55,791 nucleotides of DNA, from assembly GCA_900317385.1 (NCBI GenBank), contig ONGN01000001.1, positions 1-55,791 of the forward strand, in the 5' to 3' direction. This DNA comes from an uncultured Eubacteriales bacterium (GTDB lineage Bacteria; Bacillota; Clostridia; Oscillospirales; Oscillospiraceae). The stretch's first letter is position 1; the number at the start of each line of letters is the position of its first letter. A program made the translations under genes and the position numbers. Positions 7,945 to 16,417 of the stretch are shown here, one piece after another. The notes beneath the pieces were generated by a model. It was not told the origin of the DNA. It ran no database searches and saw nothing but the letters and a program-made list of their open reading frames with translations.

Positions 7945-9881
7945 TCTTCCATCGCTCTTTCGATAAGCCCCACTATCTCCGCGAGGCTCTCCTCAAGGCT
8001 CTTCTCCGAGGTATCTACAAGGACGGAGTCCTCCGCCGGCTTGAGCGGGGCTATCTCTCTGTGCGAATCGTTATAGTCCCTCTCCTCGATATCGCGCAGC
8101 ACCTCTTCAAATGTCGTCTCTATGCCCTTCGCCTCGAAATCCTTAAGGCGTCGGCGGGCTCTCACCTCGGCGCTCGCGGCGAGGAATATCTTAAGCTCGG
8201 CGTTCGGAAGGACCACGGTGCCTATATCCCTCCCGTCCATAATAACGCTGTATTTCTCGGCAAGCGACCTCTGGGTATCTAAGAGAAACGCTCTTACCGC
8301 ACCTATCGCTGAGACGTCAGACGCGTACTTCGTGACCTCGGGCGTTCTTATGCTGTCCGTGACGTCCTGCCCGTTCAGTATCATTCTCTGAGCTCCGTCG
8401 GAGTATTTCATCCCGATATCTATCTCCGGCAGAAGGGCGGTTACCCCCGCCTCGTCGCGGCTGCCGACGCCCTTAGAAAGAACGTAAAGTCCCACGGTGC
8501 GGTACAGTGCCCCGGTATCAACGTATATAAGCCCAAGCTTTTCCGCCGCAAGTCTTGCGAGGGTGGACTTACCCGCACCGGATGGGCCGTCTATCGCTAC
8601 GTCAATGTGCTTCATTTTTCCGCTCTCCTTATCATTTTCGGCTTTCGGAACCGCGTTTGCCGCGGCAAACGCCGTTGACCACGCGATCTGAAGATTAAAG
8701 CCGCCTGTATATGCGTCAACGTCGATGACCTCCCCGGCAAAGTAGAGGCCGGAGCATTTTTTCGACGCCATCGTCTTCGGGTCGATCTCCCTCGTGCTGA
8801 CTCCGCCGGAGGTGACTATCGCCTCCTCTATCGGGCCGGGCGAAACGGCTGTCAGCTCGAAGGACTTAAACAGGCTCACAAGCCTGCGTCTCTCCTCCTT
8901 CGTTACGGAGTTTACCCGTTTCTCCGGAGCTATTCCGGATCTTCTTACGAGCACCGGTATCATACTCCGCCCGGCGAGGTCGGAGAGCGCGTTTTCAAAT
9001 TCCCTGTTCTTATACTTTTCAAAATCGCGCAAAATTCTCGCGTCAAGCTTCTCCTCGGTGAGGGCGGGCTTTAAGTCGATATAGAGCTTATACCCGTTCT
9101 TTTCATACTCGCGCATATGCGCGCTCGCAGAAAGGACGAGCGGGCCGGACACGCCCCTGTGCGTAAACAGAAGCTCGCCCATATCCTCGAAAACCGCCGC
9201 TCCCTTTTTGTTCTCCACCCTCAGCTTCACGTTGCGGAGGGAGAAGCCCGCCATCTCGGCGCATTCCTCCTCGGCGCAGCATATCGACACGAGGGATGGC
9301 ACGGGAGGCACTATCGTATGCCCGGCGCTCTCGGCAAAGCGGTATCCGTCGCCCGTTGAGCCCGTGAGCCTGTAGGATATGCCGCCGGTAGCGACTATCA
9401 CGCTTTTCGCAGAAAAGCGCCCTGCGGTGGTATCGACGCCTGCGACGGCTCCGTTTTCTATGACAAGGCCCTTCGCCTCTGCCGTTATCCTCGTCACTCC
9501 GCCGTCCTTTATATAAGACCTCAGCGCGTTTACGATATCCGCCGCCCTGTCCGACTCGGGGAAAACGCGAAAGCCCCTCTCCGTTTTGAGCGGAACTCCC
9601 CTCTTCTCGAAAAAGCTCATTACTGCCGACGGGGGGAAAGCGTTCACGGCGCTGTACAAAAATCTTCCGTTCGTTGTGCAGTTTTCGATAACGGTGCGCG
9701 CTTCGGCGTTGTTCGTAAGATTGCAGCGGCCCTTGCCGGTTATGCCCAGCTTTCTTCCGACCTTATCGTTTTTTTCGAGAAGAAGGGTCCTGAGCCCGCG
9801 CTCTCCCGCTCTGCCCGCGGCAAAAAGTCCGGCGGCACCCCCGCCGATAACTATTAGATCAAAATCATTCGTGCTTCTCAT
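7941..9881 (-). CDS. cmk: HI0933-type FAD flavoprotein fused in frame to cytidylate kinase
   Basis: One ORF with no stop between the halves. The N-terminal half is MRSTNDFDLIVIGGGAAGLFAAG (Rossmann GxGxxG) and runs to about ...AAANAVPKAENDKESGK. The C-terminal 224 aa starts at ATG 8615 (MKHIDVAIDGPSGAGKST, P-loop) and keeps its own AAGGAG SD 9 nt upstream. The ORF opens at 9932; ATG 9881 is preferred because it overlaps rpiR by only 17 nt. Confidence 0.85.
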   Translation of the reverse strand: MRSTNDFDLIVIGGGAAGLFAAGRAGERGLRTLLLEKNDKVGRKLGITGKGRCNLTNNAEARTVIENCTTNGRFLYSAVNAFPPSAVMSFFEKRGVPLKTERGFRVFPESDRAADIVNALRSYIKDGGVTRITAEAKGLVIENGAVAGVDTTAGRFSAKSVIVATGGISYRLTGSTGDGYRFAESAGHTIVPPVPSLVSICCAEEECAEMAGFSLRNVKLRVENKKGAAVFEDMGELLFTHRGVSGPLVLSASAHMREYEKNGYKLYIDLKPALTEEKLDARILRDFEKYKNREFENALSDLAGRSMIPVLVRRSGIAPEKRVNSVTKEERRRLVSLFKSFELTAVSPGPIEEAIVTSGGVSTREIDPKTMASKKCSGLYFAGEVIDVDAYTGGFNLQIAWSTAFAAANAVPKAENDKESGKMKHIDVAIDGPSGAGKSTLARLAAEKLGLIYVDTGALYRTVGLYVLSKGVGSRDEAGVTALLPEIDIGMKYSDGAQRMILNGQDVTDSIRTPEVTKYASDVSAIGAVRAFLLDTQRSLAEKYSVIMDGRDIGTVVLPNAELKIFLAASAEVRARRRLKDFEAKGIETTFEEVLRDIEERDYNDSHREIAPLKPAEDSVLVDTSEKSLEESLAEIVGLIERAMEE

Positions 9882-10725
9882 ATACCTCGTATTCCGCCCA
9901 CATCGCCTCAAGGCGCTCAAACTTCTCCTCAAGCTTATCCCCGGTGCACTCAGCCGCCGCCACTACGAGGGCGTTAATCAGGCTGAGCGGAGCGACGAGG
10001 GAATCCAAAAACGAAAGCATCTCGCTGCGGGCGTAGAGCTTGATATCAGAGTTCTTCGCTACGAGGGATGAACCCGAATCGGTTATGCCGATAACGGAAG
10101 CGCCCATATCGCGGGCAAACTGGATCGCCGTTATCGTTCTGCGCGAATAGCGCGGGAAAGAAATCGCTATGCAGACGTCCTTTTCCCCGATGTGCTGTAT
10201 CTGCTCGTATATCTCGCTCGCGGCGGACTGATTTATCACCCTAACGTCCTCGAACAAAAGGTTAAGATAAAAGCCTAAAAAGCCCGCGAGATAAGAGGAC
10301 GAACGTAAGCCGATAACGTAGATACTCTTGGCGTTTACTATCTTATCGACCGCCTGATTAAAAGCCGCCACGTCGATATCCTCAAGGGTGTATTTTATTT
10401 TCTCCACGTCGGAGTTAAGCACCGTGTCGAGAATATCGCCCTTTTCCATTATCTCCTTTGAAGCCTCAATGCGCTGCACCGTTGTTAGGCGGTTTTTGAT
10501 AAGCTCCTGAAGCGCCCTCTTCATCTCGGGATACCCGTCGTATCCCAGATCTGCGGCAAAGCGCACAACGGTGGACTCGGAGACGTCCGCCGCCTTTCCG
10601 AGCTTTCCCGCCGTCATAAACGCGGCCTTATCGTAATTTGCCGTAATATACTTCGCGATCTTCCTCTGCCCCTTGGAAAACCCGGGGGTCTTCTCGGCTA
10701 TTACCGCAAGAACGTCGTAATCCAT
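9865..10725 (-). CDS. RpiR/MurR-family transcriptional regulator (HTH + SIS domain)
   Basis: The HTH is AGKLGKAADVSESTVVRFAADLGY and the SIS module is IYVIGLRSSSYLAGFL. The ORF opens at 10803, but ATG 10725 (MDYDVL) has GGAGAAGAAT upstream. Confidence 0.85.
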   Translation of the reverse strand: MDYDVLAVIAEKTPGFSKGQRKIAKYITANYDKAAFMTAGKLGKAADVSESTVVRFAADLGYDGYPEMKRALQELIKNRLTTVQRIEASKEIMEKGDILDTVLNSDVEKIKYTLEDIDVAAFNQAVDKIVNAKSIYVIGLRSSSYLAGFLGFYLNLLFEDVRVINQSAASEIYEQIQHIGEKDVCIAISFPRYSRRTITAIQFARDMGASVIGITDSGSSLVAKNSDIKLYARSEMLSFLDSLVAPLSLINALVVAAAECTGDKLEEKFERLEAMWAEYEVYEKHE

Positions 10726-10741
10726 ATTCTTCTCCAATCGT

Positions 10742-10774
10742 AAAAAAGCGTATGCGCCCAACGCGCATACGCTT
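10742..10774 (-). terminator. Intrinsic terminator downstream of rluB, 10 nt before the rpiR RBS
   Basis: 12-bp stem AAGCGTATGCGC / GCGCATACGCTT (10746-10757 / 10763-10774) with a 5-nt loop. It is followed by TTTTAC on the - strand. Confidence 0.65.
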
Positions 10775-10803
10775 ATAATACAATGTAGTCTGCAGGAATT
10801 CAA
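10775..10803 (-). promoter_or_regulatory. Candidate rpiR promoter abutting the terminator stem
   Basis: The - strand reads TTGAAT (10798-10803), a 17-nt spacer, then TATTAT (10775-10780). The predicted start site falls inside the left arm of the terminator hairpin. Confidence 0.4.
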
Positions 10804-10809
10804 GCTATT

Positions 10810-10840
10810 TTTGCAATTTTTCTTTCACAAAAATTGCAAA
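10810..10840. repeat. Perfect 12-bp AT-rich inverted repeat (TTTGCAATTTTT / AAAAATTGCAAA) with a 7-nt spacer
   Basis: Read directly: arms 10810-10821 and 10829-10840. It lies between the rluB stop and the rpiR promoter and is a candidate operator or hairpin. Confidence 0.6.
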
Positions 10841-10843
10841 TTA

Positions 10844-11554
10844 TTATTCCCCGCGCAGTACTCTGAGCTCACTCTCAGTAAGCCTGCGCCATTTGCCCTT
10901 TTCAAGCCTGCCGAGGCTTACACCGCCCTCTGCCGTTCTGACAAGCCTAGTTACGGTAAGTCCCGCTATCTCGCACATACGGCGGATCTGGCGGTTTCTC
11001 CCCTCATGTATCGTGATATCAAAAGAGGCGCTGTCGCCTCTGTCGGTTATTAGCCTGACCTGCGGCTTTTTTAGCGGCCTGCCGTCAAGCTCCATAGGCT
11101 CTTGAAGGCGGGAAAGGCCCGAAGCCGTATTGCCCCTCACCCAAACGCGGTAGGTCTTTTTCCTTTCAAACGAAGGATGTGTCAGCATATTTGCAAGCTC
11201 CCCGTCATTCGTCATTATAAGCAGCCCTTCGGAGTTGAGATCCAGCCTGCCGACGGGGTAAACCCTGACTCCGACGTCCGCCACGAGGTCGGAGACGGTC
11301 TTTCTCCCCTGCTCGTCCTTCATCGTGGTAACGTAGCCCACGGGCTTATTCAGCATTACGTAAACCTTTTCCTCCTGAGCGGCGGGAAGCGGAACGCCGT
11401 CCGCCTCGATCCGCGCAAGGTCTGGATCGACCTTTGTTCCGAGCTGTGCTACAGCTCCGTCGACCCTTACTCTGCCCTCGGAGATAAGCTGCTCCGCCGC
11501 CCTGCGGGATATACCCATACGGGCGGATAAAGTTTTCTGCAGTCTCTCTTCCAT
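10844..11554 (-). CDS. rluB: RluB/RsuA-family pseudouridine synthase
   Basis: S4 domain (GISRRAAEQLISEGRVRVDG) plus the catalytic core VGRLDLNSEGLLIMTNDGE. Confidence 0.88.
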   Translation of the reverse strand: MEERLQKTLSARMGISRRAAEQLISEGRVRVDGAVAQLGTKVDPDLARIEADGVPLPAAQEEKVYVMLNKPVGYVTTMKDEQGRKTVSDLVADVGVRVYPVGRLDLNSEGLLIMTNDGELANMLTHPSFERKKTYRVWVRGNTASGLSRLQEPMELDGRPLKKPQVRLITDRGDSASFDITIHEGRNRQIRRMCEIAGLTVTRLVRTAEGGVSLGRLEKGKWRRLTESELRVLRGE

Positions 11555-11557
11555 TTT

Positions 11558-12628
11558 TCACCGTGAAAAGAAATCGAACATCCTGTCGAAAATGCCCTGA
11601 CGCTTAGGCTGGACCGCCTTTGCCCCGGTCTCGAAAACGAGGTCGGTTATAAAAACCTCGTCTCCGTCCTTCTTATACACTATCGTTCCGGCATAGTCCC
11701 CTGCCTCGACGGGCGCGTAGATAAACTTCGGAAGATAGATTTCCTCTGTGATATCCTCGTCCTCATTCAGAAGGAAAGCCGCCTGTGACGTCGGGACGAC
11801 GCCGACCTCTGCCCTGTCGCCGGAAACGACCTCGATCGAAGCGAACGTCTCTCCCTCAGCCGCCGTTCTGAAAACCTTTCTGCCCTCAAAGCCCCAGTCG
11901 TATGCCGCCGGGTGGTCGGTGTAGTCTCCCGGATCGCTCAGGGTAACGTAAATCAGTGTCATTCCGTTTCTCGTGCAGGCGGTCACGAGAGTTCTGCCCG
12001 CTTTCTGAGTATATCCGTTCTTAACTCCGATCATTCCGTCCACACTCCAGAGGAGCTTGTTATGGTTTGAAAACGTCCTGCCCATTACCTTTGCCGTCTT
12101 CGTTGATACGATAAGGCTGAAGGTGGGATTTTTAAGCGCCTCGGCAGCGAGGAGAGCCATATCGTGGGCGGTGGAGTAATGCTCGGCGCCGTCAAGGCCG
12201 TGTGGGTTTTCAAAGTGGGTATTCGTCATGCCGATAGACTCGGCGCGTTTGTTCATAAGCCAGGCAAAAGAGCCGATAGTGCCGGAGCAGTGAATGGCAA
12301 GAGCGTAGGCCGCGTCGTTCGCGGATTCGAGAAGTATGCCGTATAAAAGCTCGAGCACGGTATACTGCGAGCCGCCGCGCAGGTAAAGCGAGGTGCCCGG
12401 AACGCTCTCGCAGGCTTTTGGCACGGTAACTATCTCGTCAAGTCCGCAGTTCTCGATTATAACGAGAGCTGTCATTATCTTCGTCGTCGAGGCGATAAGG
12501 CGCCTTTCATCCGCGTTTTTCTCAAATAGAAAAGTGCCGGATTCCGGCTCGTAAATCGCGCTCGCGCGGGCCCCGTCGTCAAAGGCGAGGGCCGAAAAGG
12601 CAAGCGATAACAGTATCGCCGCCGCCAC
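11558..12628 (-). CDS. dacB: D-alanyl-D-alanine carboxypeptidase (S11, DacB/PBP5*-like)
   Basis: Carries STTK (SxxK), ESANDAA (SxN) and VKNGYT (KTG-like), plus a C-terminal beta domain. GTG is the start in the ORF track; the true start is uncertain (see findings). Confidence 0.85.
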   Translation of the reverse strand: MAAAILLSLAFSALAFDDGARASAIYEPESGTFLFEKNADERRLIASTTKIMTALVIIENCGLDEIVTVPKACESVPGTSLYLRGGSQYTVLELLYGILLESANDAAYALAIHCSGTIGSFAWLMNKRAESIGMTNTHFENPHGLDGAEHYSTAHDMALLAAEALKNPTFSLIVSTKTAKVMGRTFSNHNKLLWSVDGMIGVKNGYTQKAGRTLVTACTRNGMTLIYVTLSDPGDYTDHPAAYDWGFEGRKVFRTAAEGETFASIEVVSGDRAEVGVVPTSQAAFLLNEDEDITEEIYLPKFIYAPVEAGDYAGTIVYKKDGDEVFITDLVFETGAKAVQPKRQGIFDRMFDFFSR

Positions 12629-12706
12629 AATCCCTGAAATTATCTTTCTCGTAGTAACGCCCTCCGGTTTGAAAGGATGCGGTTATTTTTCCGCGCCATT
12701 GGCGGA

Positions 12707-13138
12707 TTATTCCCCTACGAACTCTGTCTCGGGCTCGGCCGGAGTCTCAACTTCCTTATTTTTCTTTGAAAACATTGAGCTGACCTTATCAATGATATCG
12801 GGGGCGGAGTCCACAAGCCTCTCTACCGTGGTGACGGCGGGAGCCTCCATATTCATTATCCTGACGTGGCCGTCCTTGATAACGACGAATGCCTGCGGGG
12901 CGATCTTGACTCCCGCTCCGCTTCCGCCTCCGAAGGGGTTCTTCTGCCCGTCCTTCACGTTTTTCGAGGCGAAATCAGTTCCGCCGGAGGCGAAGCCGAA
13001 GCTTACCTTGCTGACGGGGATAAGAGTAACGCCGTCGGTCGTCACGATGGGCTCGCCGATAACGGTGTTGATATCCACCATTTCCTTTACCTTGCTCATC
13101 ACGGTCTCCATAAGTTCGCTGGTCGGATGCTTATCCAT
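12707..13138 (-). CDS. ytfJ: Sporulation protein YtfJ (GerW family)
   Basis: 143 aa with the family-typical VIGEPIVTTDGVTLIPVSKVSFGFASGG and GGGSGAGVKIAPQAFVVIKDG. Confidence 0.85.
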   Translation of the reverse strand: MDKHPTSELMETVMSKVKEMVDINTVIGEPIVTTDGVTLIPVSKVSFGFASGGTDFASKNVKDGQKNPFGGGSGAGVKIAPQAFVVIKDGHVRIMNMEAPAVTTVERLVDSAPDIIDKVSSMFSKKNKEVETPAEPETEFVGE

Positions 13139-13754
13139 TTTTCTCTTCCTTTCCGCCCGCGTTCCATCTCAGATATGCCTTAACGGCCGGGATGAGCCCG
13201 CAGACAACGTAAATTATTTCCCAGATCATTAGTGTGAGCTTTGCGCTGATATATATTCTGTCGCCCTCCCCGTCAAAGCTGACGAAGGTGCGTATATCAC
13301 TCTTTTTTATTCTGAAAGCCTTCTCCGCAAGCGGGAGGACAACCCCGGCTAAAGCAGAGCTTTTGCCGTAGTTCATCGCGGCGTCGTATGGGTCCGGAGA
13401 CGCCGAAGTGTAGTAGAACTTGAGGTAATTTACCGTGAGCTTTTTTCGAAAGCGGTTGAGCGTATTGAAGACCGCCTCGAGCACCTTAAGGATAAATTCC
13501 GCCGTTCCGCCCTTTTTCTTCTTTTCGGGCTCAGGCTTCTCCTCATCCGGCTTTTCTTCCTTTTTCTTTTTCTTCTTTTTCTTCTTCTCTTTTTTCTTCT
13601 TTTCGCCCTTTTCCTTTTTCGGCAGTATTCCGATTTTTATAAATCCAATGTGGGCGGCGAGCAGGAGCCCATCCTCGGAATACTCAAAGCTCGCGCCGAG
13701 AGGAATAAGGGCAATGAGAAAGAGGACGAGGAGAATGATCAGAACGACCTTCAT
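13131..13754 (-). CDS. DUF2953 (YtfI-like) membrane protein with a Lys-rich insert
   Basis: N-terminal TM segment, then the low-complexity KKEKGEKKKKEKKKKKKKKKEEKPDEEKPEPEKKKK, then a conserved C-terminal region. Sits immediately upstream of ytfJ as in Bacillus. Overlaps both neighbours. Confidence 0.7.
   Translation of the reverse strand: MKVVLIILLVLFLIALIPLGASFEYSEDGLLLAAHIGFIKIGILPKKEKGEKKKKEKKKKKKKKKEEKPDEEKPEPEKKKKGGTAEFILKVLEAVFNTLNRFRKKLTVNYLKFYYTSASPDPYDAAMNYGKSSALAGVVLPLAEKAFRIKKSDIRTFVSFDGEGDRIYISAKLTLMIWEIIYVVCGLIPAVKAYLRWNAGGKEEKNG
13551..13604. repeat. 54-nt uninterrupted polypyrimidine (+ strand) tract
   Basis: Read directly: only c/t from 13551 to 13604. It resumes at 13606-13620 after a single g. 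It encodes the Lys/Glu run of the DUF2953 protein. Confidence 0.9.
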
Positions 13755-14362
13755 TGCGCTTCCTCCGCCGCCTCTGGCTCATTCTCCTCCGCCGCCTTTG
13801 AGAGAGTGTCGATAGCGCTTTGAAGCTTTAGCTGATCCTCGCCCTCGGCTCCCTCCTCCGGAAGCTCGGGAAGCTCCTGAAGCGAGCTGAGGCCGAAGGT
13901 TCTTAAAAAGTTCGGCGTAGTTCTGAAAAGCGTGGGTCTGCCGGGGGCGTCGAGATGGCCGCAGGACTCGATAAGCCCGCGCTCCTCGAGCACGGAGACC
14001 GTGTACGAGCTGTCCACCCCCCTGACGGACTCGATATAAGCCCTTGTAACGGGCTGGAAATAAGCCACGACGCTGAGCACCTCGAGCGCCGCCTGCGTAA
14101 GCTTCGGCGGCTTTCGCGTCTCGAGGGCGGCGCGGATATAGTCTGCGTATTCGGGCGCGGAGCAGAGCTGGAGCATATTGTCCAGTCTTACGAGCCTTAT
14201 GCCCCTTCCGTTGTAGCTTAGCTCGTCGGCTATGCTCGCGGCGGCGTCGCTAATAAGCTCGGGCTCGGCGGCGAGGACGGCGGCTAACCTGTCTATTCTG
14301 ACCGGCTCACCCGAGGCGAAAAGGATGCCCTCTATCGCTCCCTTAAGCTCTCTCAGTTCCAC
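13751..14362 (-). CDS. scpB: Segregation and condensation protein B
   Basis: 203 aa. IEGILFASGEPV and the two winged-helix halves are typical of ScpB. It overlaps scpA by 20 nt. Confidence 0.92.
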   Translation of the reverse strand: MELRELKGAIEGILFASGEPVRIDRLAAVLAAEPELISDAAASIADELSYNGRGIRLVRLDNMLQLCSAPEYADYIRAALETRKPPKLTQAALEVLSVVAYFQPVTRAYIESVRGVDSSYTVSVLEERGLIESCGHLDAPGRPTLFRTTPNFLRTFGLSSLQELPELPEEGAEGEDQLKLQSAIDTLSKAAEENEPEAAEEAQ

Positions 14363-15125
14363 TCTGTCCGCCTCCTTCCGACTTTGCCATTACCGTAGTA
14401 TCTTTTCCTTCTCCAATTATACCGATTTTTCCCGCTTTTGCAAGCTCGAGAAGAGCTATAAAGGTGGCGACGAGCTCGGTGCGCGATCTTGAGCGGTTAA
14501 AAAGCTCGGTTACCTTAGTCTCCCCTCCGTGCATGAGGACTATCAGTATCTCCTCTGACTTCTCCGAAACGGAGTAGGTTATCCTTGAGGGCATCGTAAA
14601 CCGCGTCTCGTTCATTATCGCCGAAACCGCGTCCTCCCTTGAGAGCACTCTCAGGATAGCCTCAAGTATATCCTCCTTCTCGTGGACGTATCTGTACTCC
14701 TTCTCGAGCGGGATATACTCGGGCGGCTTCGTCATCATACCGGCGCCCCGGTAGTACATAGCGCAGAGAGGGTCGCAGACGGCCTTTATCCTCTCGTAAA
14801 CGTCCCTTCTCTTAAGCCTTTCAAGGCTTTCGATAAGTTCCTCTAATTCGCTCGGCTCCTCGCCCGCGTTCAGAAGCATACGCGCCTTGATATACACGAG
14901 GTGGGACGCCATCTGCACGAACTCGCTCGCTATTTCAAGGTCCATCGCCTTCATCTCGTCGAGATAGGCGAGGTACTGGTCGAGAAGCTCGGATATCCTG
15001 ATGTCCTTGATCTCTATTTTGTTTTTAGCGAGAAGCTGGAGTATCAGAGTAAGCGGCCCCTCAAAGTCCTCCATCTCATCGGAGGTCTTTATGACGCCCT
15101 CCAGCCGGAAGGTCGGATTTTCCAT
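14343..15125 (-). CDS. scpA: Segregation and condensation protein A
   Basis: FEGPLTLILQLLAKNKIEIKDIRISELLDQYL is the typical ScpA N-terminus. The ORF opens at 15215, but ATG 15125 (MENPTF) has AAGGTGGA 6 nt upstream. Confidence 0.9.
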   Translation of the reverse strand: MENPTFRLEGVIKTSDEMEDFEGPLTLILQLLAKNKIEIKDIRISELLDQYLAYLDEMKAMDLEIASEFVQMASHLVYIKARMLLNAGEEPSELEELIESLERLKRRDVYERIKAVCDPLCAMYYRGAGMMTKPPEYIPLEKEYRYVHEKEDILEAILRVLSREDAVSAIMNETRFTMPSRITYSVSEKSEEILIVLMHGGETKVTELFNRSRSRTELVATFIALLELAKAGKIGIIGEGKDTTVMAKSEGGGQSGTERA

Positions 15126-15151
15126 AGCTTGTCCACCTTGTTGATAATCGG

Positions 15152-15829
15152 TCAAAAAAGCCACGCCAGTGAGAGGCCCAGTTGTGCAAACACCGAGAGC
15201 CCGCCAAGCACCCATTCGACGGCGGCGGTCAGTGGCTTTGTCAGCACCCCGGTGAGCACGAGGACTATCATTATAACAGAGCCGTATTTCTCATATCTCA
15301 TCAGCGTGTAATACCATCTCTGCGGCAAGAGAGCGAAAAGCACCTTCGAGCCGTCGAGCGGGGGAACGGGGATGAGATTGAATATTCCGAGGGATACGCT
15401 GAGCCTCGCCGTCAGCAATATCGCGTAAAGCGCGTAATAGCCGACCGTGGAGCCCGAAAGGAGCCCGTATACAAGGCCGTAAATAAACAGCACGACTATC
15501 GCCAGCAGAATATTGGACACTGGCCCGGCGAGGGCAGTCAGCGCCATACCGAGCTTCGGGTTTTTAAAGCGGCGCATATTGACCGGCACGGGCTTTGCCC
15601 ATCCGAAGTGGACGACGAGCAGCATAATAAAGCCGACAACGTCGAAATGCTTCAGCGGGTTAAGGCTAAGTCTTCCCGCTCTCTTCGCCGTATCGTCACC
15701 GAGGGCGAGGGCGCAGAGCCCGTGGCAGCACTCGTGCACTGTGATGCATATCAAAATCGGTACGACCGAAAGCGCGAGATCCAAAAGCACCGTCCAGTCG
15801 AGATTTTTAAAGATGTTTATCATGATCAC
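15152..15829 (-). CDS. M50 (site-2 protease family) membrane metallopeptidase
   Basis: Polytopic membrane protein with HECCHG (HExxH) and NLIPVPPLDGSKV (NxxPxxxLDG). Confidence 0.8.
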   Translation of the reverse strand: MIMINIFKNLDWTVLLDLALSVVPILICITVHECCHGLCALALGDDTAKRAGRLSLNPLKHFDVVGFIMLLVVHFGWAKPVPVNMRRFKNPKLGMALTALAGPVSNILLAIVVLFIYGLVYGLLSGSTVGYYALYAILLTARLSVSLGIFNLIPVPPLDGSKVLFALLPQRWYYTLMRYEKYGSVIMIVLVLTGVLTKPLTAAVEWVLGGLSVFAQLGLSLAWLF

Positions 15830-16413
15830 ACCTTTAAAAGCCTTTCAAGCTCGGCTATGAGCCTATCGCGCCCCTCGTCCTTCTCCGCTGAGTAAGGCAC
15901 GAGCGGAGTCTCGGCGTCAAGACCGAGAGTCTCCCGTATCAGGGCGAGATTCGGCTCGATCTCGCTTTTCTTGAGCTTGTCCAGCTTGTTAGCGCAGACG
16001 ACGAGGGGGCAGCCCGTACCCTTGAACCACTCCGCCATAGTTACGTCGTCCGCCGTCGGCTTATGCCGGGCGTCGACTATCATAACGCCTGCGGTTATGA
16101 GCCCCGTCTCGGCAAAATACGCCTCCATCAGCTTACCCCATCTCTCGCGCTCGGCGCGGCTCACCTTCGCGTAGCCGTAGCCGGGCAGGTCGGTGAGATA
16201 GGCCGCAGAATCGACGAGGAAATAGTTTATCTGGGTCGTCTTTCCCGGCGAAGCCCCGACGCGCGCGTAATTCTTGCGCCGGATGAGCGAGTTAATCACT
16301 GAGGATTTGCCCACGTTGCTCCTGCCCGCGAAGGCGAGCTGCGGCCGCTTATCCCGGATAAAGTCCTTTGGCGAAGCAGCCGATTTTATAAATTCGGTCT
16401 TGCGAAAATCCAT
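15826..16413 (-). CDS. engB: Ribosome-biogenesis GTPase EngB/YsxC
   Basis: GTPase motifs G1 GRSNVGKSS, G3 DLPGYG and G4 NKLDK. Confidence 0.92.
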   Translation of the reverse strand: MDFRKTEFIKSAASPKDFIRDKRPQLAFAGRSNVGKSSVINSLIRRKNYARVGASPGKTTQINYFLVDSAAYLTDLPGYGYAKVSRAERERWGKLMEAYFAETGLITAGVMIVDARHKPTADDVTMAEWFKGTGCPLVVCANKLDKLKKSEIEPNLALIRETLGLDAETPLVPYSAEKDEGRDRLIAELERLLKV

Positions 16414-16417
16414 AGCT

